The translations under genes and the position numbers were made by a program. This document shows, one piece after another, positions 43,601 through 62,500 of a stretch of 64,000 nt of DNA; positions within the stretch are counted from its first letter, which is position 1; every line of letters begins with the position of its first letter. The DNA comes from Eledone cirrhosa (taxonomy: Eukaryota): assembly GCA_964016885.1 (NCBI GenBank), contig OZ024741.1, forward strand, positions 251,968,001-252,032,000, written 5' to 3'. The notes below the pieces were generated by a model. That model was not told where the DNA came from. It did not search any database and saw nothing but the letters and a program-made list of their open reading frames with translations.

Positions 43601-44669
43601 TATCACATTACACTATATCACACCACACCTCACTACACTACACTATATTACACTATATCACACCACACCTCACAACAATACAATATGTTACACTATATCA
43701 CATCATACCATCCACACTACACTATATTACACTATATCACATTACACCACACTGCACTGTATTACACTATATCACACCACACTACACTATATTACACTAT
43801 ATCATACCACACTGCACCATATTACACTACATCACATTACACTACTCTACACTATATTACACTATATCAGATCACACCACAATACTTTATATTACACTAT
43901 ATCACATCACACTACACTACATTATATTACACTATATCACACCACACCACTCTACACTATATTACACTATATCATATCACACTACACTACATTATATTAC
44001 ATAATATCACACCACACCTCACTACACTATATTACACTTTATCACACCACACCTCACTACACTATATTACACTATATTACACTACACCACACTACACTAT
44101 ATTACACTATATCACATCCCACCACACAACACTATATTGCTCTATATCACACCACAGTACACTACACTATATTACACTGTATCACACTACACCACACTAC
44201 ACTATATTACACTATATCACATCACACCACACTACACCTTATTACATATATCACACCACACTACACTACACTATATTACACTATATCACATCACACCACA
44301 CTACACCTTATTACATATATCACACCACACTACACTACACTATATTACACTATATCACACTATATCACACCACTCCACACTACACTATGTTACACTATAT
44401 CACATCATCACTACACTACACTATATTACACTATATCACATCACACCACAATGCACTATATTACACTATATCACATCACACTATACTACACTATATTATA
44501 CTATATCACACTACACTACAATATATTACACTATATCACACCACACTACACTACACTATATTACACTATATCACATCACGCCGCACTACACTCTATTACA
44601 CTGTATCACATCACACCACACAACACTACACTATATTACACTATATCACACCACACTACACTACATTAT

Positions 44670-44856
44670 GGGGGTTGGCAGTATCGGTAGAGGGCCGGAG
44701 ACGCCATGCTTTCCAGCATAGTTACGTCCCTTTACGATCTGAGTTCAAATCCCGCCGAGGTTGACTTTGCCTTTCATCCTTACGGGGTCGATAAAATAAA
44801 GTAGCAGTAATGTACTGGGTAATTGCTGGCCTTGTGCCTCAATTATATACAATTAT
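44670..44856 (+). mobile_element. SINE family B in satellite (HOR copy 3)
   Basis: One substitution seen (gggccgg vs gggctgg) relative to the other two; same flanks. Confidence 0.92.
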
Positions 44857-46639
44857 ATTACACTATATCACTTCACACCACACTGCACCATATTACACTA
44901 TATCATATCACACTACACTACACTATATTACACTATATCACATCACACCACACTACACTATATTACACTATATCATATCACACTACACTACACTATATTA
45001 CACTATATCACATCAAACCACACTGCACCATATTACACTATATCACATTACACTACACTACACTATATTACACTATATCACATCACACCACACTACACTA
45101 TATTACACTATATCATATCACACTACAGTACACTATATTACACTATATCACACCACACCACACTACATTACACTATATTACACTATATCACATCACACTA
45201 CACTACACTATATTACACTATACCACATCACACCACACTACACTATATTACACTATATCATATCACACTACACTACACTATATTACACTATATCACACCA
45301 CACTACACTACACTATATTACACTATATCACATCACACTACACTACACTATATTACACTATATCACATCACACCACACTACACTATATTACACTATATCA
45401 CACGTCACTACACCACACTACCCTATATTACATTACATCATACCTCACTACACTACACTCTATTACACTTTATCACATCATACCACACCACGCTACACTA
45501 TATTATACTATATCCCACCACACCACAGTACATTATATTACACTATATCTCATCATACCTCACTACACTATATTACATTATATCGCACCATACTACACTA
45601 TATTATACTATATCACACCACACTACAATATATTACACTATACCACATCACGCTACACTATATTACACTATATCACATCACACTACACTAAACTATATTA
45701 CAGTATATCACATCACACCTAACTACAATTCACTATATTACAGTACAACATATTACACTACACTACACTATATTACACTTTATCACACCACACTACTCTA
45801 CACAATATTACACTATATCACATCCCACCACACTACACTATATCACAGCACACTACAGTACACTATATTACAGTATATCACATCACACGACACTACACTA
45901 TATTACACTATATCACACTACACTACACTATATTGCACTATATCACACCGCGCCACATTACACTATATTACACTATATCACATCACACCACACTACACTA
46001 TGTTACACTATATCATACCACACTAGACTAATATATGTTACACTATATCACACCACACTACACTATATTACACTATATCACACCACACCTCACTACACTA
46101 TATTACACTATACCACATCCCACCACACTACACTATATTACACTATATCACACCACACTACATCACACGTCACTACACCACACTACCCTATATTACATTA
46201 CCTATTACACCACACCCCATCTCACTACAATACATACTACGCGATATCACATCTTACTACACTATATTACACTACACTACATCATACTACACTACACCAC
46301 AAATTATATCACAGCACACCACACTAAATTATATCACATTACACTACACTACAGTACACAACACAATACCTCACTACACTGTATTACACTACAGATTACA
46401 CAACACCACACTATATTACACCACGGATTACACAACACGACACCTCATTATACTACATGACACTAAACTACATCATACCACATTACAATATACTACACTA
46501 CTTTACATTATATTACAGCATACTGCACCACACGATTCTGCACTTCACTGCAATACATTACACTGCATCATACTACACTACACCACAATGCACCACACCT
46601 CAATATACTACACAACACTACATTACAAACTACATCACA

Positions 46640-49600
46640 ATACACTACATCACACCACCCTACCCTACCTTACAATACACTACAACACACCACCCTACAC
46701 TACATCACAATACACTACACCACACCACCCAACACTACCTCACAATAGACTACATCACATCACCCTACACTACATCACACTACCCTACACTACATCACAC
46801 TACCCTACACTACATCACAATACACTACATCACACCACCCTACAATACATCACACCACCCTACACTACATCACACCACGCTACACTGCATCACACTACCC
46901 TACACTGCATCACACCACCCTACACTACATCACAATACACTACACCACACCACTCTACACTACATCACACCACGCTACACTACATCACACCACCCTACAC
47001 TACATCACACCACGCTACACTGCATCACACCACCCTACACTGCATCACACCACCCTACACTACATCACAATACACTACAACACACCACCCTACACTACAT
47101 CACAACACCCTACACTGCATCACACCACCCTACACTACATCACACCACCCTACACTACATCACACCACCCTACACTACATCACACCACCCTACACTGCAT
47201 CACACCGCCCTACACTACATCACACCACCCTACACTACATCACACCACCCTACACTACATCACACCACCCTACACTGCATCACACCACCCTACACTACAT
47301 CACACCACCCTACACTACATCACACCACCCTACACTACATCACACCACCCTACACTGCATCACACCGCCCTACACTACATCACACCACACTACACTACAT
47401 CACACCACCCTACACTACATCACACCACCCTACACTGCATCACACCACCCTACACTACATCACACCACCCTACACTACATCACACCACCCTACACTACAT
47501 CACACCACCCTACACTGCATCACACCACCCTACACTGCATCACACCACCCTACACTACATCACACCACCCTACACTGCATCACACCACCCTACACTGCAT
47601 CACACCACCCTACACTACATCACAATACACTACATGACATCACCCTACACTACATCACACTACCTTACACTACATCACAATACACAACATCACACCACCC
47701 TGCACTACATCACACCACCCAACACTACATCACACTGCACTACATCACACCACCCTACATTACATCACAATACACTACATCAAAACACCCTACACTACAT
47801 CACAATACACTAGACCATACCACCCACCACTACCACACAATACACTACATCACAGCACACTACACTACATCACACTACACTACATCACACCACCCTGCAC
47901 TACATCACAATACACTACATCACACCACCCTACACTACATCACACTACACTACATCACACCACCCTGCACTACATCACAATACACTACATCACACCACCC
48001 TACACTACATCACACTACACTACATCACACCACCCTGCACTACATCACAATACACTACATCACACCACCCTACACTACATCACAGCACACTACACTACAT
48101 CACATTACACTACATCACACCACCCTACACTACATCACAATATACTGCATCAAACTCCCCTACACTACATCACAATACACTGCATCACAATACACTACAC
48201 TACATCACACTACACTTCATCACACCACCCTACACTACACTACATGACACTACACTTCATCACACCACCCTACACTACATCACAATACACTACTTCACAC
48301 CACACTACACTACATCACACCACCCTACACTATATCACACCACCCTACACTACATCACATTACACTACATCACACCACCCTACACTACATCACACTACCC
48401 TACACTACACTACATCACACTACACTTCATCACACCACCCTACACTACATCACAATACACTACTTCACACCACACTACACTACATCACACCACCCTACAC
48501 TATATCACACCACCCTACACTACATCACATTACACTACATCACACCACCCTACACTACATCACACTACACTACATCACACCACCCTACACTACATCACAA
48601 TACACTACATAACACTACACTACATCAAAACACACTACATCATACCACCCTACACTACATCACAATACACTACATCATACTATCCTACACTACATCACAC
48701 CACCCTACACTACATCACAATACACTACATCATACTATCCTACACTACATCACACCACCCTACACTACATTACACCACCCTACACTACATCACAATACAC
48801 TACATCACACCACCCTACACTACATCACAATACACTACATCACACCACCCTACACTACATCACAATACACTACATCACACCACACTACACTACATCACAC
48901 CACTCTACACTACATCACACCACCCTACACTACATCACACTACCCTACACTACATCACAATACACTACATCACACCACCCTACACTACATCACACTACCC
49001 TACACTACATCACAATACACTACATCACACCACCCTACACTACATCACACCACCCTACACTACATCACACTACCCTACACTACATCACACCACCCTAAAC
49101 TACATCACAATACACTACAACACACCACCCTACACTACATCACACTACCCTACACTACATCACACCACCCTAAACTACATCACAATACACTACATCACAC
49201 CCCCCTACATCACATCACACCACCCTACACTACATAACACCACCCTACACTACATAACAATACACTACAACACACCACCCTACACTACATCACACTACCC
49301 TACACTACATCACACCACCCTAAACTACATCACAATACACTACATCACACCCCCCTACATCACATCACACCACCCTACACTACATAATACCACCCTAAAC
49401 TACATCACAATACACTACAACACACCACCCTACACTACATCACACTACCCTACACTACATCACACCACCCTAAACTACATCACAATACACTACATCACAC
49501 CCCCCTACATCACATCACACCACCCTACACTACATAACACCACCCTACACTACATAACAATACACTACATCACACCACCCTACACTACATCTCACCACCC

Positions 49601-52600
49601 TACACTACATCACTCTACACTACACCACACTACACTACATCACACCACCCTACACTACATCACACCACCCTACACTACATCACAATACACTACATCACAC
49701 CACCCTACACTACATCACAATACACTACATCACACCACCCTACACTACATCACACTACACTACATCACACCACCCTACACTACATCACACTACACTACAT
49801 CACACCACCCTACACTACATCACACCACCCTACACTACATCACACTACCCTACACTACATCACACCACCCTACACTACATCACAATACACTACATCACAC
49901 CACCCTACACTACATCACACTACCCTACACTACATCACACCACCCTACACTACATCACAATACACTACATCACACCACCCTACACTACATCACACCACAC
50001 TACACTACATCACACCACCCTACACTACATCACACTACCCTACACTACATCACACCACCCAACACTACATCACATCACCCTAACCTACATCACACCACCC
50101 TACACTACATCACAATACACTACATCACACCACCCTACACTACATCACACCACCCTACACTACATCACACCACTCTACACTACATCACACTACCCTACAC
50201 TACATCACACCACCCTACACTACATCACAATACACTACATCACACCACCCTACACTACATCACACTACACTACATCACACCACCCTACACTACATCACAC
50301 CACACTACACTACATCACACTACCCTACACTACATCACACCACCCTACACTACATCACAATACACTACATCACACCACCCTACACTACATCACACCACCC
50401 TACACTACATCACACTACCCTACACTACATCACACCACCCTACACTACATCACACTACCCTACACTACATCACACCACCCTACACTACATCACACTACCC
50501 TACACTACATCACACCACCCTACACTACATCACACTACCCTACACTACATCACAATACACTACATCACACCACCCTACACTACATCACACCACCCTACAC
50601 TACATCACACTACCCTACACTACATCACACCACCCTACACTACATCACACTACCCTACACTACATCACACCACCCTACACTACATCACACTACCCTACAC
50701 TACATCACACCACCCTACACTACATCACACTACCCTACACTACATCACAATACACTACATCACACCACCCTACACTACATCACATCACCCTACACTACAT
50801 CACACCACACTACACTACATCACACTACCCTACACTACATCACACCACCCTACACTACATCACAATACACTACATCACACCACCCTACACTACATCACAC
50901 CACCCTACAGTACATCACACTACCCTACACTACATCACACCACCCTACACTACATCACACTACCCTACACTACATCACACCACCCTACACTACATCACAC
51001 TACCCTACACTACATCACACCACCCAACACTACATCACATCACCCTAACCTACATCACACTACCCTACACTACATCACACCACCCTACACTACATCACAC
51101 CACACTACACTACATCACACCACCCTACACTACATCACACCACCCTACACTACATCACCCCACCCTACACTACATCACACCACCCTACACTACATCACAC
51201 TACCCTACACTACATCACAATACACTACACTACATCACAATACACTACATCACATCACCCTAACCTACATCACACTACCCTACACTACATCACAATACAC
51301 TACACCACACCACCCTACACTACATCACACCACCCTACACTACATCACAATACACTACACTACATCACAATTCACTACATCACATCACCCTAACCTACAT
51401 CACACTACCCTACACTACATCACAATACACTACACCACACCACCCTACACTACATCACACTACCCTACACTACATCACACCACCCTACACTACATCACAC
51501 CACCCTAAACTACATCACAATACACTACATCACACCCCCCTACATCACATCACACCACCCTACACTACAACACACCACCCTACACTACATCACACCACGC
51601 TACACTACATCACACTACCCTACACTACATTACACCACCCTACACTACATCACACTACCCTACACTACATCACACTACCCTACATCACATCACACCACCC
51701 TACACTACATCACAACACCCTACACTACATCACAATACACTACATCACACCACCCTACACTACATCACACCACGCTACACTACATCACACTACCCTACAC
51801 TACATTACACCACCCTACACTACATCACAATACACTACATCACACCACCCTACACTACATCACACCACCCTACACTACATCACACTACCCTACACTACAT
51901 CACACTACCGTACACTACATCACAATACACTACATCACACCACCCTACACTACATCACACTACCCTACACTACATCACACCACCCTACACTACATCACAC
52001 TACCCTACACTACATCACAACACCCTACACTAGATCACAATACACTACATCACACCACCCTACACTACATCACAATACACTACAACACACCACCCTACAC
52101 TACATCACACTACCCTACACTACATCACACCACCCTACACTACATCACACTACCCTACACTACATCACACCAGCCAACACTACATCACAATACACTACAC
52201 CACACTACCCTACATCACATCACAACCCCCAACACTACATCACACCACCCTACACTACATCACAATACACTACAACACACCACCCTACACTACATCACAC
52301 CACCCAACACTACATCACACCACCCTACACTACATCACACTACCCTACACTACATCACACCAGCCAACACTACATCACAATACACTACACCACACTACCC
52401 TACATCACATCACAACCCCCAACACTACATCACACCACCCTACACTACATCACAATACACTACATCACACCACCCTACACTACATCACACCACACTACAC
52501 TACATCACACTACCCTACACTTCATCACAATACACTACATCACACCACCCTACACTACATCACACCACCCTACACTTCATCACAATACACTACATCACAC

Positions 52601-55600
52601 CACCCTACACTACATCACACCACCCTACACTGCATCACACCACCCTACACTAGATCACACCACCCTACACTACATCACACCACCCTACACTACATCAGCC
52701 CACCCTACACTAGATCACAATACACTACATCACACCACCCTACACTACATCACCCCACCCTACACTAGATCACAATACACTACATCACACCACCCTACAC
52801 TACATCACACCACACTACACTACATCACACTACCCTACACTTCATCACACCACCCTACACTACATCACCCCACCCTACACTAGATCACAATACACTACAT
52901 CACACCACCCTACACTACATCACCCCACCCTACACTAGATCACAATACACTACATCACACTACCCTACACTACATCACACCACCCTACACTACATCACAC
53001 CACCCTACACTGCATCACACCACCCTACACTTCATCACACCACCCTACACTACATCACACCACCCTACACTACATCACCCCACCCTACACTAGATCACAA
53101 TACACTACATCACACCACCCTACACTACATCACACCACCCTACACTTCATCACACCACCCTACACTACATCACAATACACTACATCACACCACCCTACAC
53201 TACATCACACCACACTACACTACATCACACCACCCTACACTACATCACACTACACTACATCACACCACCCTACACTTCATCACACCACCCTACACTACAT
53301 CACAATACACTACATCACACCACCTTACACTACATCACAATACACTACATCACACCACCTTACACTTCATCACAATACCCTACACTTCATCACAATACAC
53401 TACATCATACTACCCTACACTACATCACACCACCCTACACTAGATCACACCACCCTACACTACATCACACTACCCTACACTACATCACACCAACCAACAC
53501 TAGATCACAATACACTACATCACACCACCCTACACTACATCACACCACCCTACACTACATCACACCACCCTACACTACATCACAATACACTACAACACGT
53601 CACCCTACACTACATCACACTACCCTACACTACATCACGTCACCCTACACTAGATCACAATACACTACATCACACCACCCTACACTACATCACACCACCC
53701 TACACTACATCACACTACCCTACACTACAACACACTACCCTACACTACAACACACCACCCTACTCTACATCACAATACACTACACCACACCACTCTACAC
53801 TACATCACACTACCCTACACTACATCACACCACCCTACACTAGATCACAATACACTACATCACACCACCCTACACTACATCACAATACACTACAACACAC
53901 CACAATACACTACATCACACTATCCTACACTACATCACACCACCCTACACTACATCACAATACACTACAACACGTCACCCTACACTACATCACACTACCC
54001 TACACTACATCACACCACCCTACACTACATCACACCACCCTACACTACATCACAATACACTACAACACACCACAATACACTACATCACACTATCCTACAC
54101 TACATCACACTACCCTACACTACATCACACCACCCTAAACTACATCACACTACCCTACACTACGTCACACCACACTACACTACATCACACTACACTACAT
54201 CACACCACTCTACACTACATCACAATACACTACATCACATCACCCTACACTACATCACACTACCTTACACTACATCACACCACCCTACACTACATCACCC
54301 CACCCTACACTAATTCACAATACACTACATCACACCACCCTACACTACATCACACCACACTACACTACATCACACTACCCTACACTACATCACACTACAC
54401 TACATCACACCACCCTACACTATATCACACCACCCTACACTACATCACAATACACTACATCACACCACCCTACACTACATCACACCACCCTACACTACAT
54501 CACATTACACTATATCACACCACCCTACACTACATCACAATACACTACATCACACCACCCTACACTACATCACACTACACTACATCACACCACCCTACGC
54601 TATATCACACCACCCTACACTACATCACACTACCCTACACTACATCACAATACACTACATCACACTACACTACACTACATTACAATACACTACATCACAC
54701 CACCCTACACTATATCACACCACCCTACACTACATCACACCACCCTACACTACATCACACCACCCTACACTACATCACAATACACTACATCACACCACCC
54801 TACACTACATCACACCACCCTACACTACATCACACTACCCTACAATACGTCACACCACACTACACTACATCACACTACACTACATCACACCACTCTACAC
54901 TACATCACAATACACTACATCACATCACCCTACACTACATCACACTACCTTACACTACATCACACCACCCTACACTACATCACCCCACCCTACACTAATT
55001 CACAATACACTACATCACACCACCCTACACTACATCACACCACACTACACTACATCACACTACCCTACACTACATCACACTACACTACATCACACCACCC
55101 TACACTATATCACACCACCCTACACTACATCACAATACACTACATCACACCACCCTACACTACATCACACCACCCTACACTACATCACATTACACTATAT
55201 CACACCACCCTACACTACATCACAATACACTACATCACACCACCCTACACTACATCACACTACACTACATCACACCACCCTACACTATATCACACCACCC
55301 TACACTACATCACACTACCCTACACTACATTACAATACACTACATCACACCACCCTACACTATATCACACCACCCTACACTACATCACACCACCCTACAC
55401 TACATCACAATACACTACATCACACCACCCTACACTACATCACACCACCCTACACTATATCACACCACCCTACACTACATCACACCACCCTACACTACAT
55501 CACACTACACTACATCACACCACCCTACACTACATCACAATACACTACATCACACCACCCTACACTACATCACACCACCCTACACTACATCACAATACAC

Positions 55601-58600
55601 TACATCACACCACCCTACACTACATCACACCACCCTACACTACATCACACTACCCTACACTACATCACACCACCCTACACTACATCACAATACACTACAT
55701 CACACCACCCTACACTACATCACACTACCCTACACTACATCACACTACCCTACACTACATCACAATACACTACATCACACCACCCTACACTACATCACAA
55801 TACACTACATCACACCACCCTACACTACATCACACTACACTACATCACACTACCCTACACTACATCACAATACACTACATCACACCACCCTACACTACAT
55901 CACACTACACTACATCACACTACCCTACACTACATCACAATACACTACATCACACAACCCTACACTACATCACAATACACTACATCACACCACCCTACAC
56001 TACATCACACCACCCTACACTACATCACAATACACTACATCACACCACCCTACACTACATCACACCACCCTACACTACATCACAATACACTACATCACAT
56101 CACCCTACACTACATCACACTACCCTACACTACATCACACTACCCTACACTACATCACAATACACTACATCACATCACCCTACACTACATCACACCACCC
56201 TACACTACATCACACCACCCTACACTACATCACACTACGCTACACTACATCACACCACCCTACACTACATCACACCACCCTACACTACATCACACCACAC
56301 TACACTACATCACACCACCCTACACTACATCACAATACACTACATCACACCACCCTACACTACATCACACCACCCTACACTACATCACACCACACTACAC
56401 TACATCACACCACCCTACACTACATCACAATACACTACATCACACCACCCTACACTACATCACACTACCCTACACTACATCACACCACCCTACACTACAT
56501 CACAATACACTACATCACACCACCCTACACTACATCACACTACCCTACACTACATCACACCACCTACACTACCTCACAATACACTACATCACATCACCCT
56601 ACACTACATCACACTACCCTACACTACATCACACTACCCTACACTACATCACAATACACTACATCACACTACCCTACACTACATCACACCACCCAACACT
56701 ACATCACAATACACTACATCACACTACCCTACACTACATCACACCACCCTACACTACATCACAATACACTACAACACGTCACCCTACACTACATCACACT
56801 ACCCTACACTACATCACAATACACTACATCACACTACCCTACACTACATCACACCACCCTACACTACATCACACCACCCTACACTACATCACGTCACCCT
56901 ACACTACATCACAATACACTACACCACACCACTCTACACTACATCACACTACCCTACACTACATCACACCACCCTACACTAGATCACAATACACTACGTC
57001 ACACCACCCTACACTACATCACACCACCCTACACTACATCACACTACCCTACACTACATCACACCACCCTACACTACATCACAATACACTACACCACACC
57101 ACTCTACACTACATCACACTACCCTACACTACATCACACCACCCTACACTACATCACACCACCCTACACTACATCACACTACCTTACACTACAACACACC
57201 ACCCTACATCACATCACACCAAGCTACACTACATCACACCACCCTACAATACATCACACTACCCTACACTACATCAAACCACCCTACACTACATCACACC
57301 ACCCTACACTAGATCACAATACACTACACCACACCACCCTACAAAACATCACAATACACTACAACACATCACTCTACACTACATCACACCACCCTACACT
57401 ACATCACACTACCCTACACTACAACACACCACCCTACACTACATCACACTACCCTACACTACAACACACCACCGTACACTACATCACACCACCGTACACT
57501 ACATCACGATACACTACAACACATCAACACATCACCCTACACTACATCACACTACCCTACACTACATCACACTACCCTACACTACATCAGACCACCCAAC
57601 ACTACATACAATACGCTACATCACACTACCCTACATCACATCACACCACCCTACACTACATCACACCACCCTACACTACATCACACTACCCTACACTACA
57701 TCACACCACGCTACACTACATCACACTACCCTACACTACATCACACCACCCTACACTAGACCACAATACGCTACATCACACCACCCTACACTATATCACA
57801 CTACCCTACACTACATCACACTACACTACATCACACCACCCTACACTAGATCACAGTACACTACATCACACCACCCTACACTACATCAAAATACACTACA
57901 TCACACCAGCCTACACTAGATCACAATACACTACATCACACCACCCTACACTACATCACACCACCCAAAACTACCCTACACTACATCACACTACCCTACA
58001 CTACATCACACCACCATACACTACATCACAATACACTACATCACACCTCCCTACACTACATCACACCACCATACACTAGATCACAATACACTACATCACA
58101 AAACCCTACACTACATCACACCACCCTACACTACATCACAATACACTACATCACACCACCCTACACCACACCACCCTACACTATATCACAATACACTACA
58201 TCACACCACCCTACGCTACATCACACTACCCTACACCACACCACCCTACACTACATCACACCACTCACCCTACACTACCTCACACTACCCTACATCACAC
58301 CACACTACACTACATCACACTACAGTAAATCAGGCCACCCTACACTACATCACAATACACTACATCACACAACCCTACACTACATCACACCACCCTACAC
58401 TACATCACACCACCCTACACTACATCACACCACCCTACACTACATCACACCACCCTACACTACATCACACCACACTACATCACACTACACTACATCACAC
58501 CACCCTACACTACATCACACCACCCTACACTACATCACACCACTCTACACTACATCACACCACCCTACACTACATCACACCACTCTACACTACATCACAC

Positions 58601-59330
58601 CACCCTACACTACATCACACCACCCTACACTACATCACAATACACTACAACACACCACCCTACACTACATCACAATACACTAGACCACAGCACCCAACAC
58701 TACATCACACCACCCAACACTACATCACAATACACTACATCACAGCACACTACACTACATCACAATACACTACATCACACCACCCTACACTACATCACAC
58801 TACACTACACTACATCACACTACACTACATCACACCACCCTACACTATATCACACCACCCTACACTACATCACACTACCCTACACTACATCACACCACCT
58901 TACACTACATCACACCACCCTACACTACATCACAATACACTACAACACACCACCCTACACTACATCACAATACACTAGACCACACCACCCAACACTACAT
59001 CACAATACACTACATCACAGCACACTACACTACATCACAATACACTACATCACACCACCCTACACTACATCACACTACACTACATCACACCACCATACAC
59101 CACATCACACTACACTACATCACACCAGCCTACACTACATCACAATACACTACATCACACCACACTACACTACATCACACTACACTACATCACACCACCC
59201 TACACTATATCACAATACACTAAATCACACTACCCAACACTACATCAAAATACACTACAGTACACCACCCTACACTACATCACGATACACTACATCACAC
59301 CACACTACACTACATCACACTACACTACAT
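46640..59330. repeat. Satellite domain 2: 20-mer CACCC-TACAC-TACAT-CACAC interspersed with 15-mer TACAC-TACAT-CACAA
   Basis: Direct inspection; local sub-repeats of 150 bp (49201/49351/49501), 190 bp (52171/52361) and 685 bp (54311/54996). Confidence 0.97.
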
Positions 59331-59559
59331 CACAATACACTACAGTACACTACATTACACTACACCACACTACAGCTCAATAGATTACATCACAATACAC
59401 TACACTGCAGTACACCACATTACACCACACCCTACACAACACTACACTACATCCCAATACTCTACACGTCAGTACACCACACTACACCACACAATACTAT
59501 ATCATACAACAATACACTAGACTGCACAACACTTAGCAATGTCATGTCAAGAACATTAC

Positions 59560-62500
59560 ATCACACTACACTATAACACAACTCTCTGCACGTCACCTCA
59601 TAATACAAAACTACACTATACCACACCACACCACACTACACTATAACACAACTCTCTACACATCACCTCATAATACAAAACTACACTATAACACACCACA
59701 CTACACTATAACACAACTCTCTACACGTCACCTCATAATACAGAACTACACTATACCACACCAGACCACACTACACTACACTATAACACAACTCTCTACA
59801 CATCACCTCATAATACAAAACTACACTATACCACACCATACTACACTATAACACAACTCTCTACACATCACCTCATAATACAAAACTACACTATACCACA
59901 CGACACTATAACACAACTCTCTACACATCACCTCATAATACAAAACTACACTATACCACACCACACTACACTATAACACAACTCTCTACACATCACCTCA
60001 TAATACAAAACTACACTATACCACACCACACCACACTATAACACAACTCTCTACGCATCACCTCATAATACAAAACTACACTATACCACACCACACCACA
60101 CTACACTATAACACAACTCTCTACACATCACCTCATAATACAAAACTACACTATACCACACCACACCACACTATAACACAACTCTCTACACATCACCTTA
60201 TAATACAAAACTACACTATACCAAACCACACCACACTACACTATAACACAACTCTCTACACATCACCTCATAATACAAAACTACACTATACCACACCACA
60301 CCACACTACACTATAACACAACTCTCTACACATCACCTCATAATACAAAACTACACTATACCACACCACACCACACTATAACACAACTCTCTACACGTCA
60401 CCTCATAATACAAAACTACACTATACCACACCACACCACACTACACTATAACACAACTCTCTACACATCACCTCATAATACAAAACTAAACTATACCACA
60501 CCACATCACACCACACTATAACAAAACTCTCTACACATCACCTCATAATACAAAAACTACACTATACCACACCACACCACACTACACTATAACACAACTC
60601 TCTACACGTCACCTCATAATACAAAACTACACTATACCATACCACACCACACTACACTATAACACAACTCTCTACACATCACCTCATAATACAAAACTAC
60701 ACTAAACCACACCACACCACACTATTAACACAACTCTCTACACATCACCTTATAATACAAAACTACACTATACCACACCACACCACACTATAACACAACT
60801 CTCTACACGTCACCTCATAATACAAAACTACACTATACCACACCACACTACACTATAACACAACTCTCGACACATCACCTCATAATACAAAACTACACTA
60901 TACCACACCACACCACACTATAACACAACTCTCTACACATCACCTCATAATACAAAATTACACTATACCACACCACACCACACTATAACACAACTCTCTA
61001 CACGTCACCTCATAATACAAAACTACACTATACCACACCAGACCACACTACACTATAACACAACTCTCTACACGTCACCTCATAATACAAAACTACACTA
61101 CACCACACCACACCACACTATAACACAACTCTCTACACATCACCTCATAATACAAACCTACACTATACCACACCAGACCACACTACACTATAACACAACT
61201 CTCTACACGTCACCTTATAATACAAAACTACACTATACCACACCACACTACACTATAACACAATTCTCTACACATCACCTCATAATACAAAACTACACTA
61301 TACCACACCAGACCACTCTACACTATAACACAACTCTCTACACGTCACCTCATAATAGAAAACTACACTATACCACACTACACCACACTACACTATAACA
61401 CAATTCTCTACACATCACCTCATAATACAAAATTACACTATACCACACCACACCACACTATAACACAACTCTCTACACATCACCTCATAATACAAAACTA
61501 CACTATACCACACCACACCACACTATAACACAACTCTCTACACATCACCTTATAATACAAAACTACACTATACCACACCACACCACACTACACTATAACA
61601 CAACTCTCTACACATCACCTCATAATACAAAACTACACTATACCACACCACACCACACTACACTATAACACAACTCTCTACACATCACCTCATAATACAA
61701 AACTACACTATACCACACCACACCACACTATAACACAACTCTCTACACGTCACCTCATAATACAAAACTACACTATACCACACCACACCACACTACACTA
61801 TAACATAACTCTCTACACATCACCTCATAATACAAAACTACACTATACCACACCACATCACACCACACTATAACAAACTCTCTACACATCACCTCATAAT
61901 ACAAAAACTACACTATACCACACCACACCACACTACACTATAACACAACTCTCTACACGTCACCTCATAATACAAAACTACACTATACCATACCACACCA
62001 CACTACACTATAACACAACTCTCTACACATCACCTCAAAATACAAAACTACACTAAACCACACCACACCACACTATTAACACAACTCTCTACACATCACG
62101 TTATAATACAAAACTACACTATACCACACCACACCACACTATAACACAACTCTCTACACGTCACCTCATAATACAAAACTACACTATACCACACCACACT
62201 ACACTATAACACAACTCTCTACACATCACCTCATAATACAAAACTACACTATACCACACCACACCACACTATAACACAACTCTCTACACATCACCTCATA
62301 ATACAAAATTACACTATACCACACCACACCACACTATAACACAACTCTCTACACGTCACCTCATAATACAAAACTACACTATACCACACCAGACCACACT
62401 ACACTATAACACAACTCTCTACACGTCACCTCATAATACAAAACTACACTACACCACACCACACTATAACACAACTCTCTACACATCACCTCATAATACA

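Larger units (their letters stand above)
18037..46251. repeat. Satellite domain 1: pentamer-based CACTA-TATTA-CACTA-TATCA-CA(C/T)CA..., 25-35 bp units
   Basis: Continuous 5-bp phase; + strand almost lacks G. Confidence 0.97.
24939..46251. repeat. 7,179-bp higher-order repeat, ~3 tandem copies (starts ~24939, 32118, 39297)
   Basis: ORF track and rare variants recur at an exact 7,179 offset (25634/32813/39992; 30452/37631/44810); embedded SINE at the same offset. Confidence 0.95.

Noticed and set aside
18028-48612. Very long His/Tyr/Thr/Ile/Leu-rich ORFs (up to 760 aa)
   Set aside because: They are translations of the G-poor pentamer satellite, where stop codons are rare. They overlap in several frames and have no gene context.
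46640-59330. Telomere-like TAGGG in the minus strand of the 20-mer
   Set aside because: No tandem (TTAGGG)n; the motif is one variant pentamer per 20 bp, and the C-rich + strand extending rightwards is the wrong polarity for a right-hand telomere.
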